Below are positions 50,778-60,500 of a stretch of 64,000 bases of DNA, piece after piece. Position 1 is the stretch's first letter, and each line of letters begins with the position of its first letter. The stretch lies in contig JBBRPR010000017.1 of NCBI GenBank assembly GCA_038227875.1, forward strand, positions 64,001 through 128,000. The letters are read 5' to 3'. The translations under genes and the position numbers were made by a program. Under the pieces are notes generated by a model. That model made no database searches and was not told the origin of the DNA. It saw nothing but the letters and a program-made list of their open reading frames with translations. Source of the stretch: Planctomycetota bacterium (GTDB lineage Bacteria; Planctomycetota; SZUA-567; H5-PLA8).

Positions 50778-52034
50778 ATGGCCTATGACGTCACGTGGTA
50801 TCCCTTTAAGGACAAGCCCGACGCCGATTCCTGCTGGGCGCTGCATACGGGCCCGGATGGGCGCGTCTATGTCGCGGCCTGCGCCGAGAGCGCGCCGGGA
50901 GGCGTGGTCGCGCTGACGCGCTACAAACGCGAAACGGATTCGGTGGAGTACCTTTTCGATCTCGACACCAAGGTCGACGACCCACGCGACAACGGACGCG
51001 CGACGCAGTGCAAGATTCATTACAGCTTTGCGCCGTCGGCGTCGGACGGGATCATGTACATGGCGACGCATCTCTCCGGTCCTCCGATCGATCTGCCGGC
51101 GTATTCGCCGTGGAATTTCTGGCACAACAAGGAGCGCTGCTTTCGCGGCGCGGCGCTGCTGGCGTTCGATACGAAAAACGACCAGGTGCTCTGGTCGGAC
51201 ACGTTGATCCCCAAAGAAGGCTGCCGCTGTCTGCTGTTGGATGAAGAACGAAGCCTGCTGTATGCGCTGAGTTACCCGCGCGATCATTTCATCATCTACG
51301 ATTTGAAAAAGCGCACGAGCCGCGATGTCGGACGCATCGGTTCGGTGAATTCGCAGGCGCTATTCTCGGACAAGAAACACCGCATCTGGACGACCGACGA
51401 CTACGGCCACTTGGTTCGCTACGATCCCGAACGCGGTCGGCTGGACCGTTCTCCGTTCGTGCTGCCGCATACCGGGCCGGTGCAGAATGGCTGGCACAGC
51501 GTGTTTTACGACGTCGTCGCGTCGCCGGAACGCGACTGTGTCTACGCGGTGACGTGGAATGGCGGCGCGCACTTGATGCGCATCTGGCCGAACGAAGGCG
51601 AGTGGGGGCGCGTCGAAGATCTGGGAACGGTGACGCCGCCGCATGATCTGACGGTGCCTGAGAATTTCTACGTCGACCACTGCGGCGGGCTGACCTTCGC
51701 CGCCGACGGGATGCTCTATTTTGCCGCGTCGCACTGGGAGGGCGAATTTCCATCCAACAGCGACGCGATCAACCACGTCGACGGTCCGGACAGTCCGCGC
51801 CGCGTCGAAGGCGTCGTTTATCGGATGGACCCGCGCACGCTGAAGCGCGAGAAGATCGCGCAGTTGCGCCGGCCCGACGCGAGTTCTCACTACGTTTCGC
51901 GCGGGGCGGTGGACAAGCACGGCGATCTGTTCTTCGGCCACGTCGGAAGGACGCCGGTCGGTTTCTTCAAAGTCGCGATGCCGGACGACCGGCGAAAAAA
52001 AGACGCGCACCTGCCGCTGCGAACCTGGGGTTAA
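50778..52034 (+). CDS. Hypothetical beta-propeller-like protein
   Basis: Blade-like motifs GPDGRVY, DGIMYM, HRIWT..LVRYDP, AADGMLYF, VYRMDP. Confidence 0.7.
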   Translation: MAYDVTWYPFKDKPDADSCWALHTGPDGRVYVAACAESAPGGVVALTRYKRETDSVEYLFDLDTKVDDPRDNGRATQCKIHYSFAPSASDGIMYMATHLSGPPIDLPAYSPWNFWHNKERCFRGAALLAFDTKNDQVLWSDTLIPKEGCRCLLLDEERSLLYALSYPRDHFIIYDLKKRTSRDVGRIGSVNSQALFSDKKHRIWTTDDYGHLVRYDPERGRLDRSPFVLPHTGPVQNGWHSVFYDVVASPERDCVYAVTWNGGAHLMRIWPNEGEWGRVEDLGTVTPPHDLTVPENFYVDHCGGLTFAADGMLYFAASHWEGEFPSNSDAINHVDGPDSPRRVEGVVYRMDPRTLKREKIAQLRRPDASSHYVSRGAVDKHGDLFFGHVGRTPVGFFKVAMPDDRRKKDAHLPLRTWG

Positions 52035-52037
52035 GGA

Positions 52038-53159
52038 ATGACTGCGATGCAAAAACGGAAGTTCTACGATCCCAACCAGCCCGGGGCCAAAGCGCTGCGC
52101 GATTCCATTGTCCACGGCGCGGCAATCACGGAAGGCACGATGGTCGCGTTTCCGACCTGCTTTCCCAACGTGACTGAAGCGGTGCGCGCGGACGAAAGTT
52201 TCATTCGCGCCATGGACATCACGGCCGACGGCATCGTCTACGCCGGGACCAGCGGCTACGCCTCACACATTCTCGTCGGCATGTTTCATGGCATCACCGG
52301 AATGGTCTTCGACCTGGGCGTCGCCGAAGGCGCGACGGAGTGCGCGGCCGTCTGCTGCGGCCAGCAGAGCATCGTGGCTGCGGTCAACGGTCCGTCGGGC
52401 GCGCGCTTGGTGCGCCGTCCGCTGCAGCCGCTGCCGTTCGACTTGATTCAGGAATGGCATATGTGGCGCGTGCCGTTCCAGTACACCGACTTGGGCCTCA
52501 GCGCCGGACGCGTGCTCCATGCCGTGACGGATTTAGGACGCGCGACGGTGATCGGCGTGACCGAATCGTCGCTCTTCACCTTCGAGATTGAAACGGGGAC
52601 GTTGCGGACCGTGAGTGAAATTCCCTGCTCCGGACGGCTTGCGCGCGGCTCCGGCGGGAACATTTTCGGACGCGATGGCGCGGAGCACCTCTGGAAATTC
52701 GATCCGCGTTCGCAGCAGCTCACGCGAAAGGCAGTGCCGCTGCCCAAGGGAGAGTGGAGTTCCGCGCCGCTGCTATGGGCGCGCGACGAAGCGGACGGGC
52801 AGGGCGCGCTATATCTCGCCGATGCGCGCGGAACGCTCTTTCGCTTTCACGAAAAAACAGGCTTCGGCAGTGCGCTGGCGACCATTCCACTGTCACCTAT
52901 CGGCGCGATGGCCGTGACGTTTGACGGCCGCATTTTCGCGAGCGCCGGCGACGGCATCGCGCGCATGTTCTGCGTGCAACCCAGCACTGGCAAGATTTCG
53001 GATCTCGGCGTCGCCGTCTCCGTGATCGAGCGCCGGCGCTACGGCTACTGCTTCGGCGACGCCGTGGTGGGCCGCGATGGCGAGATCATTTTTGGCGAGA
53101 ACGATGACCTCGGGCATCTATGGCTGTATTTTCCCAAGATCATCCGGCCAGCGGTGTGA
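52038..53159 (+). CDS. Hypothetical beta-propeller-like protein
   Basis: ADGIVYAGT, LWKFDP, FDGRIF, ISDLG, GRDGEIIFGE; starts 3 bp after the previous gene with an AAGGA RBS. Confidence 0.7.
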   Translation: MTAMQKRKFYDPNQPGAKALRDSIVHGAAITEGTMVAFPTCFPNVTEAVRADESFIRAMDITADGIVYAGTSGYASHILVGMFHGITGMVFDLGVAEGATECAAVCCGQQSIVAAVNGPSGARLVRRPLQPLPFDLIQEWHMWRVPFQYTDLGLSAGRVLHAVTDLGRATVIGVTESSLFTFEIETGTLRTVSEIPCSGRLARGSGGNIFGRDGAEHLWKFDPRSQQLTRKAVPLPKGEWSSAPLLWARDEADGQGALYLADARGTLFRFHEKTGFGSALATIPLSPIGAMAVTFDGRIFASAGDGIARMFCVQPSTGKISDLGVAVSVIERRRYGYCFGDAVVGRDGEIIFGENDDLGHLWLYFPKIIRPAV

Positions 53160-53904
53160 TGTACTCGCAAATCACTGGAATCAATGCGTCGGCGGTTGCA
53201 GGCGTGTACCGCGGCGATTGCGTCAGGTAGACGTAATCGAATGGACGCGGGGCTTGGAAATTTTCCCAAGCGACGATGGTTAGCGGGACTTCGGGTTCGA
53301 GGCCGAGAATCTCGCGGGGATCAAGATTGGCGTCGTGTGTTGCTTGCATGCCTGGGCGGAGTTTTTTGAGCTGCAGCGCCTGGGTGCCGGGATTAAAATT
53401 CTTCAGCGCCAGGCGCGGAACGTCGCCGAGATCGAGATGGAAGAGGCGTTCGCGGTGATGGACGTAGCTCAGCGCGCCGAGCCAGCGGCAAGCGACGGCG
53501 ATGGCAAGGAAATTGCCTTCGTGGAGCCCTTCGCGCCCGTCGAGCAAATTGGGGCGGTCCGGAACGGCTTGGTGGAGCAACTCACCGCCGATGAACGGCC
53601 AGCTCGCGTCATCCTCCCCGAGATCGGCATGCGCGTCGACGTGTACGACATCGAACGGCGCGGCGAGCGAACCGGTTGCAATTTGCGTGCGCCAGAGTTT
53701 AAAGACCTCGTGATGTGCTTCGACAAACGCGCCGGGCACCGGGCGCTGGCGATTCAGTCCGCAGCGCGTTTCCAGAAACTCACGCACGGCATCTGCGGAC
53801 CACGGTTCCAGCGCATCAGTCTGTCGCTGTCCCCTCGACGCACGGCGGGTAGCGACGCCGTTGAGGAAGAAGTCGAGATCGAGGTCGAGGATGATGGTGT
53901 TCAT
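53140..53904 (-). CDS. UPF0489-family protein (arginase/deacetylase-like)
   Basis: ILDLDLDFF, HHEV, VHVDAHADLG, EGNFL, SPRYTP. Confidence 0.75.
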   Translation of the reverse strand: MNTIILDLDLDFFLNGVATRRASRGQRQTDALEPWSADAVREFLETRCGLNRQRPVPGAFVEAHHEVFKLWRTQIATGSLAAPFDVVHVDAHADLGEDDASWPFIGGELLHQAVPDRPNLLDGREGLHEGNFLAIAVACRWLGALSYVHHRERLFHLDLGDVPRLALKNFNPGTQALQLKKLRPGMQATHDANLDPREILGLEPEVPLTIVAWENFQAPRPFDYVYLTQSPRYTPATADALIPVICEYITPLAG

Positions 53905-53933
53905 CGCGCGTATCTTAATGGACGACGACTGAA

Positions 53934-54087
53934 TATCTCACGCAAAGCCGCTAAGTCGCAAAGAACAACGAACGGCGGGAATGGGGATTCGGGAATCGGG
54001 AATCGTCGCGCATCTGTCTTGGCGAATCCCGAATCCCGCCGCTGCTGTTCTTTGCGGCTTTGCGGCTTCGCGGCTTTGCGTGAGATA
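53934..54087. repeat. Composite palindromic element: outer octamer arms, inner heptamer arms
   Basis: tatctcacgcaaagccgc...gcggctttgcgtgagata termini; inner gggaatc repeats versus gaatccc repeats. Confidence 0.8.
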
Positions 54088-54096
54088 AGAAGCGAC

Positions 54097-55632
54097 TCAA
54101 TGTGCGAAGAGATTGAACAACCAGAAAAGCCCGCCCGCCACGATCGCGCCGGTGAGCGTGCAGGCGAAATTTACCACGCCTTTTCCGAGGCCGGGATAGC
54201 GGTCCTCCACCGTTGCCCCGAGGAGGCTGTCGACAACTGTTCCGAGCAGGCCGGCGACGACGAGGATGAGACTTAAGACGCCGCGGTAGTGCCAAGGCGT
54301 GGGCGAGTTGGATAAGAGGTGCTGGTAGAAGTCGGTGTACGCCGCGAGCGTGGCGAGGATCACGCAAGCGCCAGTGGCGGCGACGAAGCCGAGGAGACTG
54401 ACCGCACCGTTGGTGCCGTGCGGGACGGGCTTGAAGGTGGTGATCAGGACCGGTTCGCGGCGCGCGAAGGTGCCGATTTCGGAGCTGGCGGTGTCGGCAA
54501 ACGCGGCGCAGAGCGCACCAGCGAATGCCAGCAGCATCGCACCGTGGCCGCCGGACATGGGATAGGCCAGGCAGCACAATCCGGGCACGAGCAGATTGGC
54601 GGCGACGTTCGACGCGCCGCGTTTGCCCTCGTCGGCTTCGGCGACGCCGAGTTTTGCTTTGTACTTCAAGCCAATTTTGCTGAGCACGCTGCCGCCGAAC
54701 GCGAACGTCAGGAACAGCAGATAGCCCTGCCACTGCGCGAAGAAGAAGACGATCACGCCGAGCACCGCGCCCAACACCGCGCCGGCAACGTTCGAGAACT
54801 TGAGGAGCAGCGCGGCCCCGCCGATTACGGCGTTGAGGGCCAGCGCCTTGAGCAGGTTTTCCGGTTGGACCGGCGTGTCCTTCGGCAACGGATGCGTCGC
54901 CCAGCTTAAGAAGAGCGCGGCGATCCAGAGCACGCCGCCGGTGACAATCGGCACGCGGACGTTGTCGTCGAGTTTCGCGGGCAGACTTTCGACGATCGCG
55001 CCGGTGACCGCCGCGAGCACGGCGAGGGTCCAGACGTAGGGTAATTCGGGCCAGCCATCGACTTTCAGAAACAGCTTACATGGCACGAGGTAGAGCGCGG
55101 CGTAGCACACAGGAATGGAGACGGCGATGAAGCCAAACAACCCCGCCCAGCTCTTTTGCGGATTCCACGGCAGCTTGGGAATTGGAACGTGGCGGCCGGC
55201 GAAACTGGCGGCGGCGTCGCCGGCGGCCATCGCCGCCCACGCGCCGACGACGGCGAACGGCGGGTAGATCAGGAAGCAGAGGCTTAACGTCAACGGGTAG
55301 AGCCACAGGCCGTTGATTTTACTTTCGTCCGGCCGCGCGAGACGCTTTCCGGTTTCCAAGTGCGGGAGGACGACGATGTTGAAGACGGCGATGCAGAACA
55401 GGATCGCGGCCGAATACAGATGGCCGCGCCCGCCGAGTCGCGCGTCCTGCGCCAGAACGCCGAGCGGAAAGGCGAGCAGCACGAAGACCAGCACGTGAAT
55501 TCCGTTGCGCAGCAGCGGCGAGTGCATCGAATCGGCTGTGGAAGAAGTCATGGGAGCGGGCGGCTGCTGCTGCGGCGGCGGCGAAGCCGGAGTTGCTTCG
55601 TCGCGCGCGCTGCGTCCCGGCTCGGAGGTCAT
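54097..55632 (-). CDS. Fusion of a polyprenol/phytol-kinase-like domain and DUF92 (TMEM19/VTE6-like)
   Basis: GDAAASFAG..LPWNPQKSWAG..VESL..DDNVRVP; KRGASNVAAN..ADTASSEIG..GTNGAVSLLG..DSLLGATVE..VVNF; ATGA overlap with the upstream gene. Confidence 0.85.
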   Translation of the reverse strand: MTSEPGRSARDEATPASPPPQQQPPAPMTSSTADSMHSPLLRNGIHVLVFVLLAFPLGVLAQDARLGGRGHLYSAAILFCIAVFNIVVLPHLETGKRLARPDESKINGLWLYPLTLSLCFLIYPPFAVVGAWAAMAAGDAAASFAGRHVPIPKLPWNPQKSWAGLFGFIAVSIPVCYAALYLVPCKLFLKVDGWPELPYVWTLAVLAAVTGAIVESLPAKLDDNVRVPIVTGGVLWIAALFLSWATHPLPKDTPVQPENLLKALALNAVIGGAALLLKFSNVAGAVLGAVLGVIVFFFAQWQGYLLFLTFAFGGSVLSKIGLKYKAKLGVAEADEGKRGASNVAANLLVPGLCCLAYPMSGGHGAMLLAFAGALCAAFADTASSEIGTFARREPVLITTFKPVPHGTNGAVSLLGFVAATGACVILATLAAYTDFYQHLLSNSPTPWHYRGVLSLILVVAGLLGTVVDSLLGATVEDRYPGLGKGVVNFACTLTGAIVAGGLFWLFNLFAH

Positions 55633-57449
55633 GGCGTGCGGCCGCCGACCCAGGAGATGCGCACGATTTCGTTGGCGTCGAACTGCAGTTCTTTGGCGAT
55701 CTTCAAATCGAAGGGAACCAGGAACTGGCAGTCGGGCACCGGCCATTGCTTTTCAATATTTACGCGCTGAAAAACCACGATGGAGTAAAGCCCGCGATTG
55801 TATTCGGAGATGATCTCGCCGTAGTTGCGATTGGCGTATTTGAAATCAACGGAACCGTAGCCGAGCGCGACGAAGTCCACGGAGCGTTCGGAGATGACCA
55901 GGATGTGCTTGTCTTTGATCTTGCTGAGGAAATCGTATTCGGCTTCCGTCTCGCGGATCAGCGTGGCGGTGTTGGTGAAACGGTTTTCGATCGAGATCGG
56001 GTGGTACATGATCGCGGAGAGCAGCGCGATGGCCAGCAGCACATTGCGGCTCAGAATGTTCGGATAGAAGAAATGAAAGGCGACGGGCATCAGCGCGGCG
56101 AGGACCGTGAAGTACACGAAGAAACGCGCTGAAGCGGGATGGATGCCCGTGCCAAAATAATACGACATGTACAAGACGAGCAGCGCGCAGGTGGCGACCA
56201 GCGCGATCGCGAAAAAGGGACGCTGCCAGCTCGCCTTGATATTCTTGAAGACGCCGATGACCACGCCGACGAAGCTGACGATCGCCACGTAGTTCAACAG
56301 CGTCGCGTAGGGCACGGTATGGCCGAAGTCGATCAGCGTGCCCAGCATTTCCTTGGTGTGATCCCAGAAATGTCCGAAGCTGAAGTTGGGCGTGCCGGTG
56401 GTGTTTTCAAATTGTTCGCCGAGCAGCTGCCGCTGCAGAATCAGCGGCATGACCAGCCAGGGCGTCAGCGCGAAGTGGTACCAATACGGTTTGAAGTACT
56501 CCGCTTCGACAAAACCCAGCACGGCCAGCGCGAGGATGACAACGAAGAACACCAGCGCTGATTCGTAGCGCGTGTGCGCGAAGAGCACGGCGGTGATCCA
56601 GACCAGCGCGAATGTGTCGGCCGAGGGCTTGTGGAGGAACACCGCAGTGGTCACGAGCACGCCGCAGAGCACAAACGCCGCGAAGAGATCGAAGCCCGCA
56701 GACGTCGCGCACAGACAGACCAGCGGGTACGTGGCCACCAGCAGCATCGCGGAGAAGCCCACCATTCGCCCGATGAAGCGCTGCGCGATCACGCCGATCA
56801 TCGCCAGCAGCGCAAACAAGGCAAACGCGTTGGCCAGGAACGCGTTCGAGACGTCGTAGCCGCGGACGATATGAAGCAGGTGCACGAAGAACGGAAAGAG
56901 GAACGGCCGCTTTTCGAGGTGTTGCTCGCTAACGATGGGCTGCAGGTTGCCGTAGTAGAATTTCGACATGACGTTGTTGAGTACGGTTTTTTCATAGAGC
57001 ATGTTTTGAGAAACGGAGACGAGATTGGCCTCGTCGCTTAAGACACGGAAGCGCGGCGGCACGGTCCAGAAGCACATCACCGTGATCAGAAGCGCCGCGA
57101 GAAATTCCGGCCAATGGCGCGTGACGAAGGCTTTGAGCGAGAACTCCCGCGCGCGCATCACGACGATCAACTGCGTCAGCCAGAGCAGCACCAGCACGAT
57201 TAAGACGTAATACGTGCCGCGTTCGAAGAAGATGCTGCTGTAGACGCGCGGGTCGGGGAGCGCCACGCCGCCTTTTATCTGATCATCGTAGAGCTGCTGG
57301 GTGTTCACCGCATAGCCGAGAAATCCGACGGAGCCCACGACGGAGACCAGCGTAGCGATGACCGGCCATATCTTCTTCAAACCAGAATCCTCCCCTGACG
57401 CAGACGTTCGTCGGGGCAACATGCGGCCATGAGAATGAGCAATTTTCAC
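55629..57449 (-). CDS. Multi-pass membrane protein, probable GT-C (ArnT/PMT-like) glycosyltransferase
   Basis: More than 10 TM helices; SDE motif in an early external loop; KRPFLFP; TRYE; start uncertain. Confidence 0.6.
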   Translation of the reverse strand: MKIAHSHGRMLPRRTSASGEDSGLKKIWPVIATLVSVVGSVGFLGYAVNTQQLYDDQIKGGVALPDPRVYSSIFFERGTYYVLIVLVLLWLTQLIVVMRAREFSLKAFVTRHWPEFLAALLITVMCFWTVPPRFRVLSDEANLVSVSQNMLYEKTVLNNVMSKFYYGNLQPIVSEQHLEKRPFLFPFFVHLLHIVRGYDVSNAFLANAFALFALLAMIGVIAQRFIGRMVGFSAMLLVATYPLVCLCATSAGFDLFAAFVLCGVLVTTAVFLHKPSADTFALVWITAVLFAHTRYESALVFFVVILALAVLGFVEAEYFKPYWYHFALTPWLVMPLILQRQLLGEQFENTTGTPNFSFGHFWDHTKEMLGTLIDFGHTVPYATLLNYVAIVSFVGVVIGVFKNIKASWQRPFFAIALVATCALLVLYMSYYFGTGIHPASARFFVYFTVLAALMPVAFHFFYPNILSRNVLLAIALLSAIMYHPISIENRFTNTATLIRETEAEYDFLSKIKDKHILVISERSVDFVALGYGSVDFKYANRNYGEIISEYNRGLYSIVVFQRVNIEKQWPVPDCQFLVPFDLKIAKELQFDANEIVRISWVGGRTP

Positions 57450-57504
57450 CTATGAAATGATGGGGCTTGAGCTTAGTGAGCGGGCGGGGTTTGTCCACGC
57501 CGGT

Positions 57505-60500
57505 TTATTTGCGGACCGACCCGCTCTTGCCCGCGTGGCCCGTATAGAGGGCAGTGACGATCGCTTCATACGTCTGATTTAAGAACGCGATATCCACGGT
57601 CAGCGGCATCTTCTGGTTCTTCGCATCCGTCGTCGGATCGAGTCCGAGTGGCGCCCACGCGGCGCTGAAGTTCCCGTTCTTCAGGCGCGCGGAAAATTTG
57701 ACGTTGCCGCCGAGGTAGGACGTGATTTTGGTTTTTGGATCGCGCTTGCGCTTGAGCTGCAGCGCAAACGTGCCTTGCGCGGATTTCGCGTGGCCCTTCG
57801 CGTCGAGCGTAAACGCGGCGCTCACGCCACTGACGTTGAGCGTCAACGCGACGCCGCTTGGATTCAGGCCCGCGGCCAGATTGGGCAGCATGCCGGTGAA
57901 CGAGAGCGTGTCGTGATTCTTCGTGGTGTATTTCATGTTCGCCTGCAGATGGCTGAGCGTCATCGGAAGCGCGGCTGTTCCGCCGCCACCGCCGCTGCTC
58001 GCGCTGAACGTCGTTGCGAGCACGGACGTCGACGCGGCGCTGTCGCCGCTGGGAACCAGGCTGCGCACGCGGAAGTAGTAATTCGTCGCCGGCGACAATC
58101 CGGTATCGGTGGCGCTGGCCTGGCTTCCGGGGACGGTCACTCCGGCGGTCCAGGTGGTTCCGTCAAGACTGTGTTCAATCTGGAAGCCGGATTCGTTGTC
58201 GCCCATCGCCGTCCAGGTGAGATTCGCGGTCGTGTCGGAAGCTCCGGCGGCGGTCACGTTCAGCGGCGTGGCGGCGAGGCCTTCGATCCAGGCGGAGATC
58301 ACGGAGACGGCGTTAGTGTCGATGGTGTTGCGCGCCAGCGGGGGCATCTGGATCGTGCCGACGGTGTTGATGCGAATACGCCCGATCGAGCGCGCGAGGT
58401 TGCCGCGCGCCATCTCGACGGCGCCGGGGATGCTTAAGTTTGAATTGACCAGTCCGTCGAGAATATTCTGGCTGGCGATCGGCGTGTCGAAGCGTGCGTC
58501 GAAATTCGCGGGAGCGCCCAGCGGCCGGTGGCACTGCGAGCAGTTGGCATCGAGGTACGAACGCGCGCGAGTTTCCAGCGAGGCGGTGGTGTCGTTCAAG
58601 TTCGCGAGCTTCGCGTAGCCGGGGATCTGCGTTTCGTCGAGCGTCGTGGAAAAGAGGCTGACGTGATTGAACGAGCGGATCTGGTTGTCGGTCACACCGG
58701 TGGCGGCATACGTGAAGGGCCCGTTGAGCTGCCGGGTTTTTACGCCGAGGATGTAGTTGGCGTTGGTGTTGTGGCAGGTCAGGCAGTCGCCGCGGCTGGG
58801 GTAGGACCAGGTCTGGTTGCGCGAACCGGTCGACGTCGCGATTACTTCGTTTTCCGTCAGGCCGCTGGCGAGCAGGTCGGCATCGGTCTGCGCGGCGTTC
58901 CATTTGTAAGTGACGCCGTAAACACTGCCGCTGGGACCGACGACAATCAGGCGCGTCTCCAGACGATTGCGGATCGACGGATTGGTGTCGTCGGTGCCGA
59001 GTTCGAAATGCTTGACGAAAACCGTGCCGGAGGGAAAGGTCCATTCTCCCGTCGGCGCGAAGGTGATGCTCTGGCCGTTGGGCACGGAGATCCAGCGCGT
59101 CTTGACCGCGCCGTCAGACCAGAGCGGCGTGTTGACATTATAAGGGAGCAGCGCGGCGCTGGGCGTCAGCGTGGCGGTGTTCGAGAACGCGCCGGTGGCG
59201 GAGAGCGTGGCGGGAATCGCGCCGGTGCTGGTCGTCGGCATGTTGAGGTACGGCGGCGAATTCGGGCGCGCGACCAGGCCGTAATCGTTGATGGTGAGCG
59301 CGAATGTCTGCGTCGCGTTGGGAAGCACGCCGTTGGTGGCTTGCACGGTGATGGAGAACACACCCGCGGCGGTGGGCGTCCACGTGATCGCGCCGGACGT
59401 CGCGTTGATCGACAATCCCGCGGGCGGAGAGGCGATCGAGAACGTCGGCGCCGGATTTCCGCCGGACTGCACGGTGTACGCGTACGCGACGCCGATGTTG
59501 CCGGTGGTGACGGGCGTGGAAAAAATGGACGGCGCGTTGCTGATCACGAGCGCGAGCGCTTTGCTGGCGGTGGCCCCGGCGCCATCGGTCAGCAGCGCGG
59601 TAAAGTTGAACGTCCCCGATGCCGTCGGCGTGCCGCCGACCACGCCGCTGGTTGAAAGCGTCACGCCCGCGGGCAGCGCTCCGGCGGAGACCGTCCACGT
59701 CAGCGGACTCGTGCCGCCGGTCGCCGTGAGCGTCTGGGAATACGGCGCGTTGATATTTCCGCCGGGAAGCGAGGTCGTCTGAATGGAAGGCGCGGCGTTG
59801 ATGGTCAACGCGAAGGTCTTGCTTGCGGTTGCGGCGATGGAATCGGTAACCGTGGCGGTGAAATTGAACGTGCCGGTCGCGGAGGTTGTGCCGGAGACGA
59901 CGCCGCCGCTGGAAAGCGTGATTCCCGCCGGCAGCGCGCCGGACGTTAGCGACCACGTGTAGGAAGGCGTGCCGCCAACGGCGGTGAGCGTTTGCGAGTA
60001 GGACTTTGTGGCGGTGCCTTGCGCAAGCGGCGATGTTGAGGAGATCGCCAGTGCGTTGTTGATCGTCAGCGCGAATGCTTTGGTGACGGTCGAGCCGTTG
60101 GCGTCGACGACCTGGATCGTAAAGTTGAACGTGCCTGTTGCCGTCGGCGTGCCGGAGAGCAGACCACCGGACGTCAGCGTCAGTCCGCCTGGCAGCGTGC
60201 CGAGGGTCTTCGACCACGTCAGCGGCAGCGTCCCGCCGGTCGCGGTGAATTGCTGCGAGTAGGCCGTGCCGATATTTCCCTGCGGCGTCAGCGGTGACGA
60301 CTGCTGAATCACCGGCGTCGCGTTGATCGTGACGGCGTACGCCTGCGTCGCGGTCGCGGTCGTCGCGTCTTGAACCTGGACGGTGAAGTTGAATGTGCCG
60401 TTTGCGGTCGGCGTACCGCTGAGGACACCGGCGGTGCTTAACGTCAAACCCGTCGGCAGCGTTCCGGTGATCACCGTCCACGTGTACGCGGGAGAACCGC

